Part shown: piece after piece, positions 45,244 to 54,626 of the stretch | Numbering within the stretch: the first letter of the stretch is position 1 | Layout: each line of letters starts with the position of its first letter | Origin: a virus | IMG/VR virus record: IMGVR_UViG_3300027801_000011 | Span: 1 to 64,000 of that record | DNA length: 64,000 nucleotides | Strand: one strand, 5' to 3' | The notes under the pieces: model-generated | Databases searched by the model: none | The model's input: the letters and a program-made list of their open reading frames with translations, nothing else | Told to the model about the DNA's origin: nothing | Translations under genes and position numbers: made by a program

Positions 45244-45543
45244 ATGTTAATTAGTAATTGGAAAGAGAATTTTAAAGGCACTGGCGTTTGGGAAGCAACT
45301 AACTGCATCTCAGGCAATATCTCGCAGAGTCCTAAACTTGTCGGCGATGCCCCCGATGGATGGGGTCATAAAACAAGCTTTACGGCATTTGGTGGTTTCG
45401 GTGAAATCATGAATATGGGTGAGGCGTTTGAGACTTTTGAGGAGGCCGCTGAATTTATGGAGGCGTGCTTCACTTGGGAAGTTGAACTCAACGGACGCTC
45501 CCTTACTCTAACAGGTGATAGGGTGAACCTCAATGATGAATAA
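45244..45543 (+). CDS. early hypothetical protein
   Basis: First ORF after the promoter. Confidence 0.6.
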   Translation: MLISNWKENFKGTGVWEATNCISGNISQSPKLVGDAPDGWGHKTSFTAFGGFGEIMNMGEAFETFEEAAEFMEACFTWEVELNGRSLTLTGDRVNLNDE

Positions 45544-45805
45544 TGAATTCGTATTCCTTTCCCCCGAAGTCTCTAGTAAGACTAGAGATGTCATGGGCTT
45601 TGATGACTGTGGCACAGGGGAGAATATCATGATAAACTCTTCTTGGATGATGGCTCATATCATGCACCGAATCGGTTTGTTCCCAAGTGTGGGAATCGCC
45701 CGTAAAAATGGGTGGAATAAGGCCATTCCAGAGGGCTTTTCGGAGTGGACGGTAGGAAAAAATAAAATAAAAGTTTGGATTCTCAATGAATTCAATGAGT
45801 TATAG
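45533..45805 (+). CDS. early hypothetical protein
   Basis: HRIGLFPSVGIARKNGW. Confidence 0.6.
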   Translation: MMNNEFVFLSPEVSSKTRDVMGFDDCGTGENIMINSSWMMAHIMHRIGLFPSVGIARKNGWNKAIPEGFSEWTVGKNKIKVWILNEFNEL

Positions 45806-45847
45806 GGTACGATTTCGCTTGACAAAACCCTTTAGTGCTGTTATACT
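45792..45847 (+). promoter_or_regulatory. early promoter with conserved upstream boxes
   Basis: TCAATGAGTTA-N4-GTACGATTTCGC-TTGACA-17-TATACT. Confidence 0.8.
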
Positions 45848-45880
45848 ATGTATATAATGAGAGTTAACAAAGAGAAAGAT

Positions 45881-46123
45881 ATGATTATGAAAAACGATTT
45901 TGCAATGTTTACCACTAAAGGTAATAATGAAGTTGGTAAGTTAGTTGATGCCGCTATCGCTGGTGAATGGAAGTGGGAAAAGACTTCTTATGCCTTGGCT
46001 TTACTTGGTGGAACTGAGATTGGTGGTGAATTTGAAGAAGCCACGGATACTGCTGTTAGAGAAGCAGTTTGGGAAGCCATGATTACTTACAATCCTGGCA
46101 TGGACTATGGAGTAACAAAATAA
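45881..46123 (+). CDS. early hypothetical protein
   Basis: FAMFTTKGN...EATDTAVRE. Confidence 0.6.
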   Translation: MIMKNDFAMFTTKGNNEVGKLVDAAIAGEWKWEKTSYALALLGGTEIGGEFEEATDTAVREAVWEAMITYNPGMDYGVTK

Positions 46124-46527
46124 TGGTTATGGTTAATAAAAAGTTCGACAATATCGATGACGGTATTGCAAATATGATCGCTGCTGCGAATTATGATTAT
46201 GATAATTTCAACGTGAGTGATGACATGAAGGCCGACTTTAAGAAGGGTTGGGAGATCAAGAAAGGTTCTAAGTACATCAAGATTAATACTAAGAACTCTG
46301 CTTGGGGATTCGTTGTCAACACTGATGACGATAAGAAGTTCATGAAGGGCGACTTGCTCATGTGTGCTGGTTATAAGGCCCCTGCTAGAAATGGTGCAAG
46401 AGGTAACGTCCTTGAAGGTGGTTTCGAAATCCGCTGGACTGGCCCTCTCTACTTGGTAGATAAAGGTCGAAAGGCCGCAAATTGGGGCAACCCTGCCGCA
46501 AAACTTAGCATTAACATTGGAGGTTAA
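46123..46527 (+). CDS. early conserved phage protein
   Basis: KYIKI...WGFV...GDLLM.AGYKAPARNGARGNV. Confidence 0.65.
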   Translation: MVMVNKKFDNIDDGIANMIAAANYDYDNFNVSDDMKADFKKGWEIKKGSKYIKINTKNSAWGFVVNTDDDKKFMKGDLLMCAGYKAPARNGARGNVLEGGFEIRWTGPLYLVDKGRKAANWGNPAAKLSINIGG

Positions 46528-46529
46528 TT

Positions 46530-46658
46530 ATGGAAAACCCTAACACATTTCGAGAGAAATTCATCACGTTCAGCAGGATTGCTGGAGACACCCTTGCTAT
46601 CTTGTCTATCTTTGGCATGGGTTACGTTTGTTTGGTAGTTTTTGGAGATAGATATTAA
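46530..46658 (+). CDS. small membrane peptide (42 aa)
   Basis: GGAGGT SD; one TM. Confidence 0.55.
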   Translation: MENPNTFREKFITFSRIAGDTLAILSIFGMGYVCLVVFGDRY

Positions 46659-46666
46659 AAAGGTAC

Positions 46667-46695
46667 TTGACATCTTGGTGATGTTATGGTAGTAT
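46667..46695 (+). promoter_or_regulatory. sigma70-type early promoter
   Basis: TTGACA-17-TAGTAT. Confidence 0.7.
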
Positions 46696-46707
46696 AATAA
46701 CACTGAA

Positions 46708-46774
46708 GGAAGACTTCTGGAGATGGGTTTAGTGACTTTTCCCATCTAGGGCATAACGCCACTGTTAGTCTTTC
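46708..46774 (+). ncRNA. unrecognised structured leader RNA, copy 2
   Basis: GGAAGACT/AGTCTTTC, AGATGGG/CCCATCT and GGC/GCC stems. Confidence 0.65.
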
Positions 46775-46971
46775 ATTCGGATTTCCTCTGGTAATCAAAC
46801 TACCCCCCAGAGGAATAGCAAGAGGGACGCAGCTCGAAACGCCAAAGATAAAATCAAGGCGACAACAAGGCGGGGTATTGGTGATGTACGTACTACCATT
46901 AAAGATGTACCGCTGTTGGGGGTCAGCGTTAACAAAACCCCCACTTATTGGTTTCTAATGGAAGAAAGTAT

Positions 46972-47283
46972 ATGTCTAAAATTGACGCTCTAATGAAAAC
47001 TTACGAAGGTGTGGAAACTGTTTCTGTTATCCATGCCGCTATGGATGATGCAATCAGTCCAACTGTGGTTGCAATGGTCGAAGTCTCTAGTGGACTTAGC
47101 GATACTGCTAAGTTAGAGAAGGCCTTCATGTTGACGAACTCTATTAATGATGCATGGTGGAATAACAAAGATGTTACCCCTATGTTCAGCGAGAAAGGTT
47201 GTCGATCTACTATGGTTGGAGACATGGTGCTAATCGGTACTGTGAAATATAAATGTGACTCAATGGGATGGAGTAAAGTATAA
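46972..47283 (+). CDS. early hypothetical protein
   Basis: LTNSI...RSTMVGD. Confidence 0.6.
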   Translation: MSKIDALMKTYEGVETVSVIHAAMDDAISPTVVAMVEVSSGLSDTAKLEKAFMLTNSINDAWWNNKDVTPMFSEKGCRSTMVGDMVLIGTVKYKCDSMGWSKV

Positions 47284-47352
47284 TGTGGAAGTTTAAATCA
47301 AATGTGTATGGGGGGACTGCCCCTGCCGTAGTACGGCGGTTGAAGAGACAGG

Positions 47353-47706
47353 ATGTCGATTTGTCTGATTCAGTTAGTCGGGCGAAGTTTGGATACAACT
47401 ATTTGGAGTATGTGTCCAATGATTAAAGCGATGTTGATTGTTGCCTCTATGGGCATCAATACGGAGATGCCTGATATGGACTCTTGCTTAAAAGCAAGGG
47501 CCATGATCATGTCCCAAGATTCTTCAATCAAGAGTCTATGTGTACCAAAGGCGGCCGATAGTGATAAGATGAAGGAGATGTTCGGCGTCTTCATGGATAT
47601 GATTGATAGAATAAAGGAGTATGAAGAACTTGATAGATTCAATAGAGAAGAAGATAGACAGTGCTGTACGGATGAGGGAAATCTCGACTACAGACTGGGC
47701 TCGTAA
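47353..47706 (+). CDS. hypothetical protein (true start probably the internal MIKAML)
   Basis: ORF track. Confidence 0.45.
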   Translation: MSICLIQLVGRSLDTTIWSMCPMIKAMLIVASMGINTEMPDMDSCLKARAMIMSQDSSIKSLCVPKAADSDKMKEMFGVFMDMIDRIKEYEELDRFNREEDRQCCTDEGNLDYRLGS

Positions 47707-47785
47707 TTACTGGACGATGGTAGTTAAACAACTCCTTGCAATCGCAACGAGGGTCGAACCTAAATAATAATGAAAGAACTATAGA

Positions 47786-48028
47786 ATGATCGATGACGAA
47801 AAGCTAATGGAACTCTATAATAAGAGTTTCGTTCAAACCGTACAATTATCAGAAGAGTACAGCGTTCTCGCTGTCGCTGCAACCTTGTTAGGTCAGTCGA
47901 TGAGATTGTATAAAACTGTTTTGGATGAAGATGAGTTTTATGATATGATTGAGGCGTTTACTGAAACGGTGGGAGAGATCAAACCGTATGACCCTCAAAT
48001 GATAGCAGAAGGGTCTACAATCCATTAA
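47786..48028 (+). CDS. hypothetical protein
   Basis: ORF track; ends STIH. Confidence 0.6.
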   Translation: MIDDEKLMELYNKSFVQTVQLSEEYSVLAVAATLLGQSMRLYKTVLDEDEFYDMIEAFTETVGEIKPYDPQMIAEGSTIH

Positions 48029-48040
48029 AAAGGGGCGGAA

Positions 48041-48364
48041 ATGGTAACTATTACAGAAGCAGCACGAAAATATATGAAGAGTGTTATCTTATATGGTGAC
48101 TTTGTAACGCTTGGTGTTAAGGGCGGTGGGTGTTCAGGCTTTCAATATGTCTGGGGACTCAAGAATGGTGATCTGCAAGGTATGACTGAAAACGTGAAGT
48201 GGTCAGACCCTATTGATGAGGTACTAGTATTAGACCCATTGGCAGAGATGTATATCATGGGCAGCGAAATAGATTATGTCACCGAATTGGGTGGATCATA
48301 TCTCGCAGTCAAGAACCCCACTAGTAAGAGTAGCTGTGGTTGTGGCGAGAGTTTTGGAGTATAG
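48041..48364 (+). CDS. IscA/HesB Fe-S cluster carrier
   Basis: VKGGGCSGFQY and NP...SCGCGESF. Confidence 0.92.
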   Translation: MVTITEAARKYMKSVILYGDFVTLGVKGGGCSGFQYVWGLKNGDLQGMTENVKWSDPIDEVLVLDPLAEMYIMGSEIDYVTELGGSYLAVKNPTSKSSCGCGESFGV

Positions 48365-48368
48365 CGTC

Positions 48369-48863
48369 TTGTGGCGTAGACTGAACATACAATATGATAT
48401 CGATCAGATCAAATGGGAATACGAAAATACCAAGAACATGTTGTCTTGGTATGACTCCATTGGCGGTTCGAAGCAACTGGCATTACAGTCCTATGATGGT
48501 GATCCTACCCCATATAAGAGTGGCTGTGGTAGCATGAAGCGTCAGCCAGGTATGACAGAGTACGATTATAATGTGATAAATCCCGCTTTCAATAAAGGCA
48601 TATTTTCTAGGATAATCACCCCATATCATCGTGCTAGATTCATGACAATGATTAAACACAGTACATATAGTGTACACAAGGATAAATCACCTCGCCTTCA
48701 TATGGCAATAGACACACACCCCCATGCATATTTCTTTTGGCCTGACACCAAAGAGGTTGTACATATACCAGCAGATGGTTTTGTGTATTGGGTGGACACT
48801 ACAGAGAATCACACATTTGTCAATGCAGGGCCAGATAGAACGCATTTAGTTATGGTCGAATAG
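48369..48863 (+). CDS. aspartyl beta-hydroxylase-like oxygenase
   Basis: YSVHKD..PRLH...HTFVNAG..RTHLV; start uncertain. Confidence 0.7.
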   Translation: MWRRLNIQYDIDQIKWEYENTKNMLSWYDSIGGSKQLALQSYDGDPTPYKSGCGSMKRQPGMTEYDYNVINPAFNKGIFSRIITPYHRARFMTMIKHSTYSVHKDKSPRLHMAIDTHPHAYFFWPDTKEVVHIPADGFVYWVDTTENHTFVNAGPDRTHLVMVE

Positions 48864-48872
48864 GAGATTATT

Positions 48873-49190
48873 ATGGACATCAAGAGCAAGTACACATACG
48901 TGACTAACAATAAGGATGAGACTCAATGTATTGGACTCACGCCTGAAGCTAGTACATTCCAAGGTGTAATATACAAATACGGCAAGGTGTCAGCACCTAA
49001 CCCAGATGAATTAAATTCAGAAGGGGACTTGCCTTTACGGTTCGACTATGATATAGTAGATAATAATTCGCTTCCAGAAGAATGGTTGAGAAGCGATGAA
49101 TTTCATACACTCATTGGTGATATCCTTGTGGATATTATGGATGAACAACTAACTAAAGGAACATTGAATTTTGCCAACACAGACGATTGA
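48873..49190 (+). CDS. gp40-like protein
   Basis: GVIYKYGKV...F.YD...IGDILVDI; immediately before gp41. Confidence 0.55.
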   Translation: MDIKSKYTYVTNNKDETQCIGLTPEASTFQGVIYKYGKVSAPNPDELNSEGDLPLRFDYDIVDNNSLPEEWLRSDEFHTLIGDILVDIMDEQLTKGTLNFANTDD

Positions 49191-50565
49191 ACGAACGACT
49201 TTAAGTCAACTAGTATATAATGAAGAATATGCACGTAAGGTGCTTCCCCATATGAAGGCAGACTATTTCTCAGACAGGACTGAGAAGATCGTGTATCAAG
49301 AGATACAGAAGTTTGTAGAACGATACAATGCCCTACCTACCAAAGAAACCCTTGAGATAGAGATTGACACACGCCGTGATCTGAATGAAGATGACGTTAA
49401 GCGTGTGCTATTGGTGGTCAAGGACTTAGACCCAGATAAGGATGTCAATTTTGAGTGGTTGGTAGAGACTACTGAGAAATTCTGTAAAGACAAGGCTGTG
49501 TATAATGCCATTGTCGAGGGCATATCCATCATTGATGGCAAGGATAAGGATAGGTCAGCAGATGCTATACCTACCATATTGACAGATGCCCTTGCTGTGG
49601 GATTTGACAATAGAGTGGGCCATGATTATCTGCAAGATGCAGAAGAGCGTTTTGATTACTACCACACGATAGAAGAGAAGATACCATTTGATCTGGAATT
49701 CTTTAATAAGATCACGAAGGGTGGACTACCACCTAAGACATTGAACATTGCCCTCGCTGGTACAGGTGTAGGTAAATCGTTGTTTATGTGTCACGTTGCT
49801 GCCAATTGTATGACACAGGGAAAGAATGTCCTGTATATCACACTAGAGATGGCAGAAGAACGTATCGCTGAACGTATAGATGCCAATCTCATGAACATAT
49901 CAATGGAAGACTTACATGATCTACCTAAGACCATGTTTGATTCTAAGATTGGTCGTATCATGAAGAATACCACAGGTCAGCTCATTGTCAAGGAATACCC
50001 TACTGCTGCTGCCCATACAAATCATTTTCGTGGACTGCTTAAGGAATTAGCAGTCAAGAAATCATTTAAACCAGACATCATATTCATAGATTATCTGAAT
50101 ATTTGTGCATCATCACGACTCAAGGGAGCAGCGAATGTCAATTCTTACACGTATATTAAATCAATTGCAGAGGAACTTAGGGGACTTGCTGTTGAGACTA
50201 ACGTACCGATTATGTCTGCTACACAGACTACAAGGTCGGGGTTCTCTAACTCAGACGTTGGGTTGGAAGACACAAGTGAAAGTTTTGGACTTCCTGCTAC
50301 AGCAGACCTCATGTTTGCTCTTATTAGTAACGAAGAGCTTGACGCTCTCAATCAGATCGCAGTTAAACAGTTAAAGAATAGGTATAATGACCCAACTGCC
50401 AATAAGAGATTTGTGATTGGCATAGATCGTGCCAAGATGCGACTCTATGATGTGAAGTTGACTGAACAGGAAGGTATACTGGATGCTAATCTAACTGGTG
50501 ATGTACCAGATGCATTTAGTGAACCAGTATTCGATAAAACAGATTTCGGTGGATTCAAGGTATGA
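49171..50565 (+). CDS. replicative helicase (gp41)
   Basis: LAGTGVGKS, ITLEMAEERIAERID, KEYPT, IDYLNIC, SESFGLPATAD, KQLKNRY. Confidence 0.96.
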   Translation: MPTQTIERTTLSQLVYNEEYARKVLPHMKADYFSDRTEKIVYQEIQKFVERYNALPTKETLEIEIDTRRDLNEDDVKRVLLVVKDLDPDKDVNFEWLVETTEKFCKDKAVYNAIVEGISIIDGKDKDRSADAIPTILTDALAVGFDNRVGHDYLQDAEERFDYYHTIEEKIPFDLEFFNKITKGGLPPKTLNIALAGTGVGKSLFMCHVAANCMTQGKNVLYITLEMAEERIAERIDANLMNISMEDLHDLPKTMFDSKIGRIMKNTTGQLIVKEYPTAAAHTNHFRGLLKELAVKKSFKPDIIFIDYLNICASSRLKGAANVNSYTYIKSIAEELRGLAVETNVPIMSATQTTRSGFSNSDVGLEDTSESFGLPATADLMFALISNEELDALNQIAVKQLKNRYNDPTANKRFVIGIDRAKMRLYDVKLTEQEGILDANLTGDVPDAFSEPVFDKTDFGGFKV

Positions 50566-50574
50566 GGTTGCCCT

Positions 50575-51816
50575 TTACTTGTCCCAAGACTTGATGGCAG
50601 TAAAGTTATTGTAAGAGAATTCCATACGATCCACTAGTTTGACAGCATCACCAGAGATACGATCAATCGCAACATAACCCTCTGGGTTAGTCACCTTGAA
50701 GCCATCAGCAGTACGTACAAATGTACCCATACCCTTAACAGAATTCAATTTCTTAACAATCATCATCTTACCCTCAACCAATAGGTTCTGAAAGGTGATA
50801 ACCTGTACGAGATTGATGGTATGCTTCTTGACTTCTCTCATGAATTCTTTCTGAATATTCGTGTATTTCTTCTTACCGCCCTCTGATTTGGCTTTATCAA
50901 TCTGCTTCTGTATGCTGGTCATAACCCATTCCTCATATCCCTTGGCATGCTTGGCTGGATTAGTAATGATCTGACCAGCACGTACCTTAGAGTTATTGTA
51001 GGTTTTGAGGGATGCACCAGCAACGGCGCCTGTCATAGAGTTTTGTAGAGCAAGGAAAGATCGTAGTTTAACAGCACTAATCTTTTGGAATGTCTTACCA
51101 GTAGAGGATAGAATCGCTGTGATTTTCTCTGTCTCGCCCGTAGTGAATGTAGACGAACCAGACGTATCCTTATAAGTGGCATCATCCATCCATATAGAAG
51201 AGGGTTTCTTCAAAGAACTGATATTGGCACCAAATGATGCTTTCATTCCTTGGAGTGTACTACCTGTATATGTGGTATGCCATACGATACCTATTTTAGA
51301 CTTTTTTATATAATTACCAAGATCACTATCCACGGGTACAGCATAGACAATAGTGTTAGGTTGAAATGTGATATATTTAATGCCATCGATAGTCTTATTC
51401 TCAGTATCATCAGTCCACATAAGATCGCCCTGTAGAACGCCTTTGATACCAAGTTTAGAGAATTCAGTAAGTGCCACCTTGAATTTACTATTCAATGCAC
51501 CAGATAGATCATCATCAATTTCCTTAATAGACTTATACAATTTGGGATTAACATTAAACACAGACTTTTTGGCAACAAAGAACTTACCATCATCGGGGTC
51601 TATACCAGCAAAGATCGCTGGTGCGCCATCCCATTTGACAGTCATATTAACAGAAGAACGAGAAGAACCAGCCAACATATCACGTAGAGAACGAAGGAAG
51701 TTCAATGCTGCCCTACCACCATCAACACCAAAGTTAATGATCTCATCCTCTAAGTGTTCAAGATGTAAGTTCTTGCCACCTTTATCTTCAGTAATCATTG
51801 TATTAAATTTCATCAT
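50575..51816 (-). CDS. DUF6267-like protein with ligase-type nucleotidyltransferase motifs
   Basis: KNLHLEHLED, TVKWDGAPA, QGDLM, EGYVA, VKLVDR; start reassigned to MMKF below the promoter. Confidence 0.75.
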   Translation of the reverse strand: MMKFNTMITEDKGGKNLHLEHLEDEIINFGVDGGRAALNFLRSLRDMLAGSSRSSVNMTVKWDGAPAIFAGIDPDDGKFFVAKKSVFNVNPKLYKSIKEIDDDLSGALNSKFKVALTEFSKLGIKGVLQGDLMWTDDTENKTIDGIKYITFQPNTIVYAVPVDSDLGNYIKKSKIGIVWHTTYTGSTLQGMKASFGANISSLKKPSSIWMDDATYKDTSGSSTFTTGETEKITAILSSTGKTFQKISAVKLRSFLALQNSMTGAVAGASLKTYNNSKVRAGQIITNPAKHAKGYEEWVMTSIQKQIDKAKSEGGKKKYTNIQKEFMREVKKHTINLVQVITFQNLLVEGKMMIVKKLNSVKGMGTFVRTADGFKVTNPEGYVAIDRISGDAVKLVDRMEFSYNNFTAIKSWDK

Positions 51817-51821
51817 GCTTC

Positions 51822-51852
51822 TATTTATATCATAAACAATATAGTATGTCAA
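51822..51852 (-). promoter_or_regulatory. dual early/late promoter
   Basis: Minus strand TTGACA-17-TATAAATA. Confidence 0.7.
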
Positions 51853-51870
51853 GTCACAATAAATAGAATA

Positions 51871-52074
51871 ATGCCAGATAGATACGGAGAAAATACAAGA
51901 GAATGGATGATCATGTATAGTGATATAGAGATGGATAAAGAGTGGCATACGACTGCCTGTATAGGGGTTTGCACGCTCGAGGATGACGTATGCATAGGGT
52001 GTAATAGGACTATGGATGAGATTAGAGAAGCGTATATAGAGAGTATGCGGAGAGATTCCCATATAATCCCATAG
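51871..52074 (+). CDS. DUF1289-like small Cys protein
   Basis: ACIGVCTL...CIGCNRTMDEI. Confidence 0.75.
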   Translation: MPDRYGENTREWMIMYSDIEMDKEWHTTACIGVCTLEDDVCIGCNRTMDEIREAYIESMRRDSHIIP

Positions 52075-52375
52075 GAACCCATAAAATAGGGTATTTAAAT
52101 AAAGGTTAAAATAAACATGATGCCGTTGTGATATGAATTTGTAGACTCTCAGCATAAGCTCCACACAGCCCTCAGAATTATTATAGAAAGGGACTTGACA
52201 ATGGCCCCATATAGGTGTATATTAGGCCATGCTGGGCTTTTAAGGGTAGCTATAGAGTGTAACATTAATACAACACAGAGATAATAAACACAAATAAGCT
52301 AAATGAGTGCTTGACATATCCCTGCCAGCCATGTATAGTATTACTATAATGAGGATTAACGGTAAGGATAGAGAG

Positions 52376-52594
52376 ATGACTGAATTAACACTAGTGGCAG
52401 ACGGCTGGATGGAGAAGGGTGTACGAGTGGTATGCTGGAGATATGGTTCATATGACTATGAGATAGAGATATACAATATGAAGCTAACATCTAAGGAGAC
52501 TAAGGTCACTATACCGTATAAGGCCTCCTATGAGGCGACTATCGCCCATGTTAAGGAGATGTGTGCAGCTACTAACGCCTGTTGTGTGTATTAA
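52376..52594 (+). CDS. early hypothetical protein
   Basis: Follows promoter 52311. Confidence 0.55.
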   Translation: MTELTLVADGWMEKGVRVVCWRYGSYDYEIEIYNMKLTSKETKVTIPYKASYEATIAHVKEMCAATNACCVY

Positions 52595-52644
52595 AAGAAA
52601 GTACTTGACATATACCTTATAGTGTGTTATAGTACTAATAGAAT

Positions 52645-52726
52645 TGAGAGAGTGATTCGTTAAGGTTGGATGGGTCATGTTAAAGTTCCACAATGGTGGT
52701 GTGACAAGTGAGTCGATCCTCTCTCA
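52645..52726 (+). ncRNA. candidate small structured RNA
   Basis: Starts just after promoter 52605; TGAGAGAG/CTCTCTCA closing stem with inner stems; no ORF. Confidence 0.45.
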
Positions 52727-53124
52727 GCTCTCTCTAAGAAGGGTGGCCCCTTTAAACTGGCCGCCAATGTCTAATCTATAAATGTAATAAGTATCCAATG
52801 AAACATCTAACAGCAACTGAAAGGATCAACCCCCCAATGGCCAATTCCCCTATATCTTTAAGCTCCTCAGAGGCAATCACAATATCAGTATTAGAGAAGG
52901 AACTTGGTTCACCCTCTATAGATTCCCGATACAGAGAATGTATCATTAGGAGAATTGAGTACATCAAGGAGAACTTACAGGACAACATGGCCACCCCCTA
53001 AAACTGGAAGGGGGCCATATCCCTTAACTGGGAATAAAAATTCAGCTGGCCCAAAAAAAGACTTGACAAGGCTGTTTATATGTGTTACTATAACACTTAA
53101 CAATTGAGAAGGAACTACTACACT

Positions 53125-53445
53125 ATGAATGAATACAATATTGGCGACACCGTGTCCTATCTGGACGAATATAACGGAATGAAGTCTGGAGTTATCGCAG
53201 AGGTTGCCTCTGATATGGACTCCTATAACGATATGAAGCTTGAGGATGGTATTCCTTACTATGCTTCGAAGAAGCTGACAGCAGCTGCGAATAAGAAGTT
53301 AAAAAATGAAGCGAAAGCTCCGTTAACCTCTCCCGTATATGCGAAGGTCAAGCCGAAGAACATGGAATCAGTCTTCCTTATTCTGAAGAAGGATTTGGCG
53401 GCTGTTGAGGAGGAGTTTATCATGATGGATGATGTTATTGGATAA
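53125..53445 (+). CDS. hypothetical protein
   Basis: Follows promoter 53063. Confidence 0.55.
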   Translation: MNEYNIGDTVSYLDEYNGMKSGVIAEVASDMDSYNDMKLEDGIPYYASKKLTAAANKKLKNEAKAPLTSPVYAKVKPKNMESVFLILKKDLAAVEEEFIMMDDVIG

Positions 53446-53983
53446 CCTTATAAGGACTGTGGATGGCGCTCTTAGTGCTGAGCAGTGTGATTACCTTATC
53501 GATATGTTTGAGAGGAACGTAGCTCTTCAAGAGACGCAGATGAATGGCAAAGGCCAATCATTAACCCGTATGAATTTGATGGGTTCCTCTCATACCCCCT
53601 TTAGAGAAGACTTGGATTACTTAACCAAGGTCTTTAGTGCTGGTGTGGAGAAGTACAAGGCTGCATGTGGTATTCAGTCATGGCAGTTCCCGAAGAAGTA
53701 TGCCCTAGAGGCCATAAAAATCAAGCGATACGAGCCTGATACTAATGAGAGCTTCCCCGATCATATAGATGTGATGGATTTAGAGATGAGCCGCCGTTTT
53801 TTGGTGATGTTTATCTACCTTACTGACAATGAGGGTGGTCAGACGTTCGTACAGGACTTTGTAAGCCCCTGTAAGCAAGGCACTATGCTATTGTTCCCAC
53901 CTATGTGGCCTTGGGTTCATTCAGGCGAGTCTCCTGTGAAAACATCTAAGTATATTTTAGGGAGTTATCTGCATTATGTCTAG
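53429..53983 (+). CDS. 2OG-Fe(II) oxygenase (prolyl-hydroxylase-like)
   Basis: FPDHID...FIYLTD..GGQT...FPPMWPWVHSG...KYI. Confidence 0.88.
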   Translation: MMLLDNLIRTVDGALSAEQCDYLIDMFERNVALQETQMNGKGQSLTRMNLMGSSHTPFREDLDYLTKVFSAGVEKYKAACGIQSWQFPKKYALEAIKIKRYEPDTNESFPDHIDVMDLEMSRRFLVMFIYLTDNEGGQTFVQDFVSPCKQGTMLLFPPMWPWVHSGESPVKTSKYILGSYLHYV

Positions 53984-54626
53984 TTTATCTCGTTTGGCTG
54001 GTTCTGTGACGCCGGGCGCTACATTCAGTGAGAAGTTTAAGGCGAAAGTGGTTGACTTGGAACAGTCGATGCACTATAATACCGAACGAGCCACTGGAAC
54101 TTGCGTTGGTGGCACCGAAGGCTATACGATGGCCGAGATGAACGATGCCCTACGGAATGATATAAGAGAATCAGGCGATTCGTTTCAAGGTCGGAACTCT
54201 TCTACTGCCTCCTTTATGACAAGATGGGACATGCATCAAACCTATGGTTCATTTTCTCTTCTGGGTGATCTAGCAATAGAGGCAGCCGCAGACATACCCC
54301 TGGCGATACGGACGTTTGCTGATGGAAGTCCTAATCCTATATCTCTTTACGTTCAAGAGAGCTGGGGTTTGATATATAATAAGGGTCATACGTGTAAAAC
54401 GCATACGCATTGGCCTTCCACGTGGTCTTACACCTATTGTGTGGATGCATGTGAGAAATGTGCGCCTCTTTGTTTCCCAACAAATGATGGTGTTCATCCT
54501 ATACCCCCAAAGCAAGGGCAGTTAATACTCTTTCCTTCTTGGGTTAATCACTTTGTGCCAGAGCATGAGTGTGATCACGAAAGAATTATGATCTCTGGCA
54601 ACCTAGACGTAGATTGGAAAAAGTAA
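53976..54626 (+). CDS. 2OG-Fe(II) oxygenase (HxH type)
   Basis: THTHWP...LFPSWVNHFV...RIMISGN. Confidence 0.85.
   Translation: MSSLSRLAGSVTPGATFSEKFKAKVVDLEQSMHYNTERATGTCVGGTEGYTMAEMNDALRNDIRESGDSFQGRNSSTASFMTRWDMHQTYGSFSLLGDLAIEAAADIPLAIRTFADGSPNPISLYVQESWGLIYNKGHTCKTHTHWPSTWSYTYCVDACEKCAPLCFPTNDGVHPIPPKQGQLILFPSWVNHFVPEHECDHERIMISGNLDVDWKK

Larger units (their letters stand above)
52195..53091 (+). promoter_or_regulatory. cluster of four sigma70-type promoters (52195, 52311, 52605, 53063)
   Basis: Each TTGACA-17-TA(T/C)xxT. Confidence 0.7.

Noticed and set aside
51817-52164. N-terminal extension of the 529-aa ORF in the track
   Set aside because: Runs through its own promoter and across the DUF1289-like gene; the real start is MMKF at 51816
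52798-53001. 67-aa ORF in the hairpin region
   Set aside because: No SD or recognisable motif; its end overlaps a hairpin; not supported enough to call
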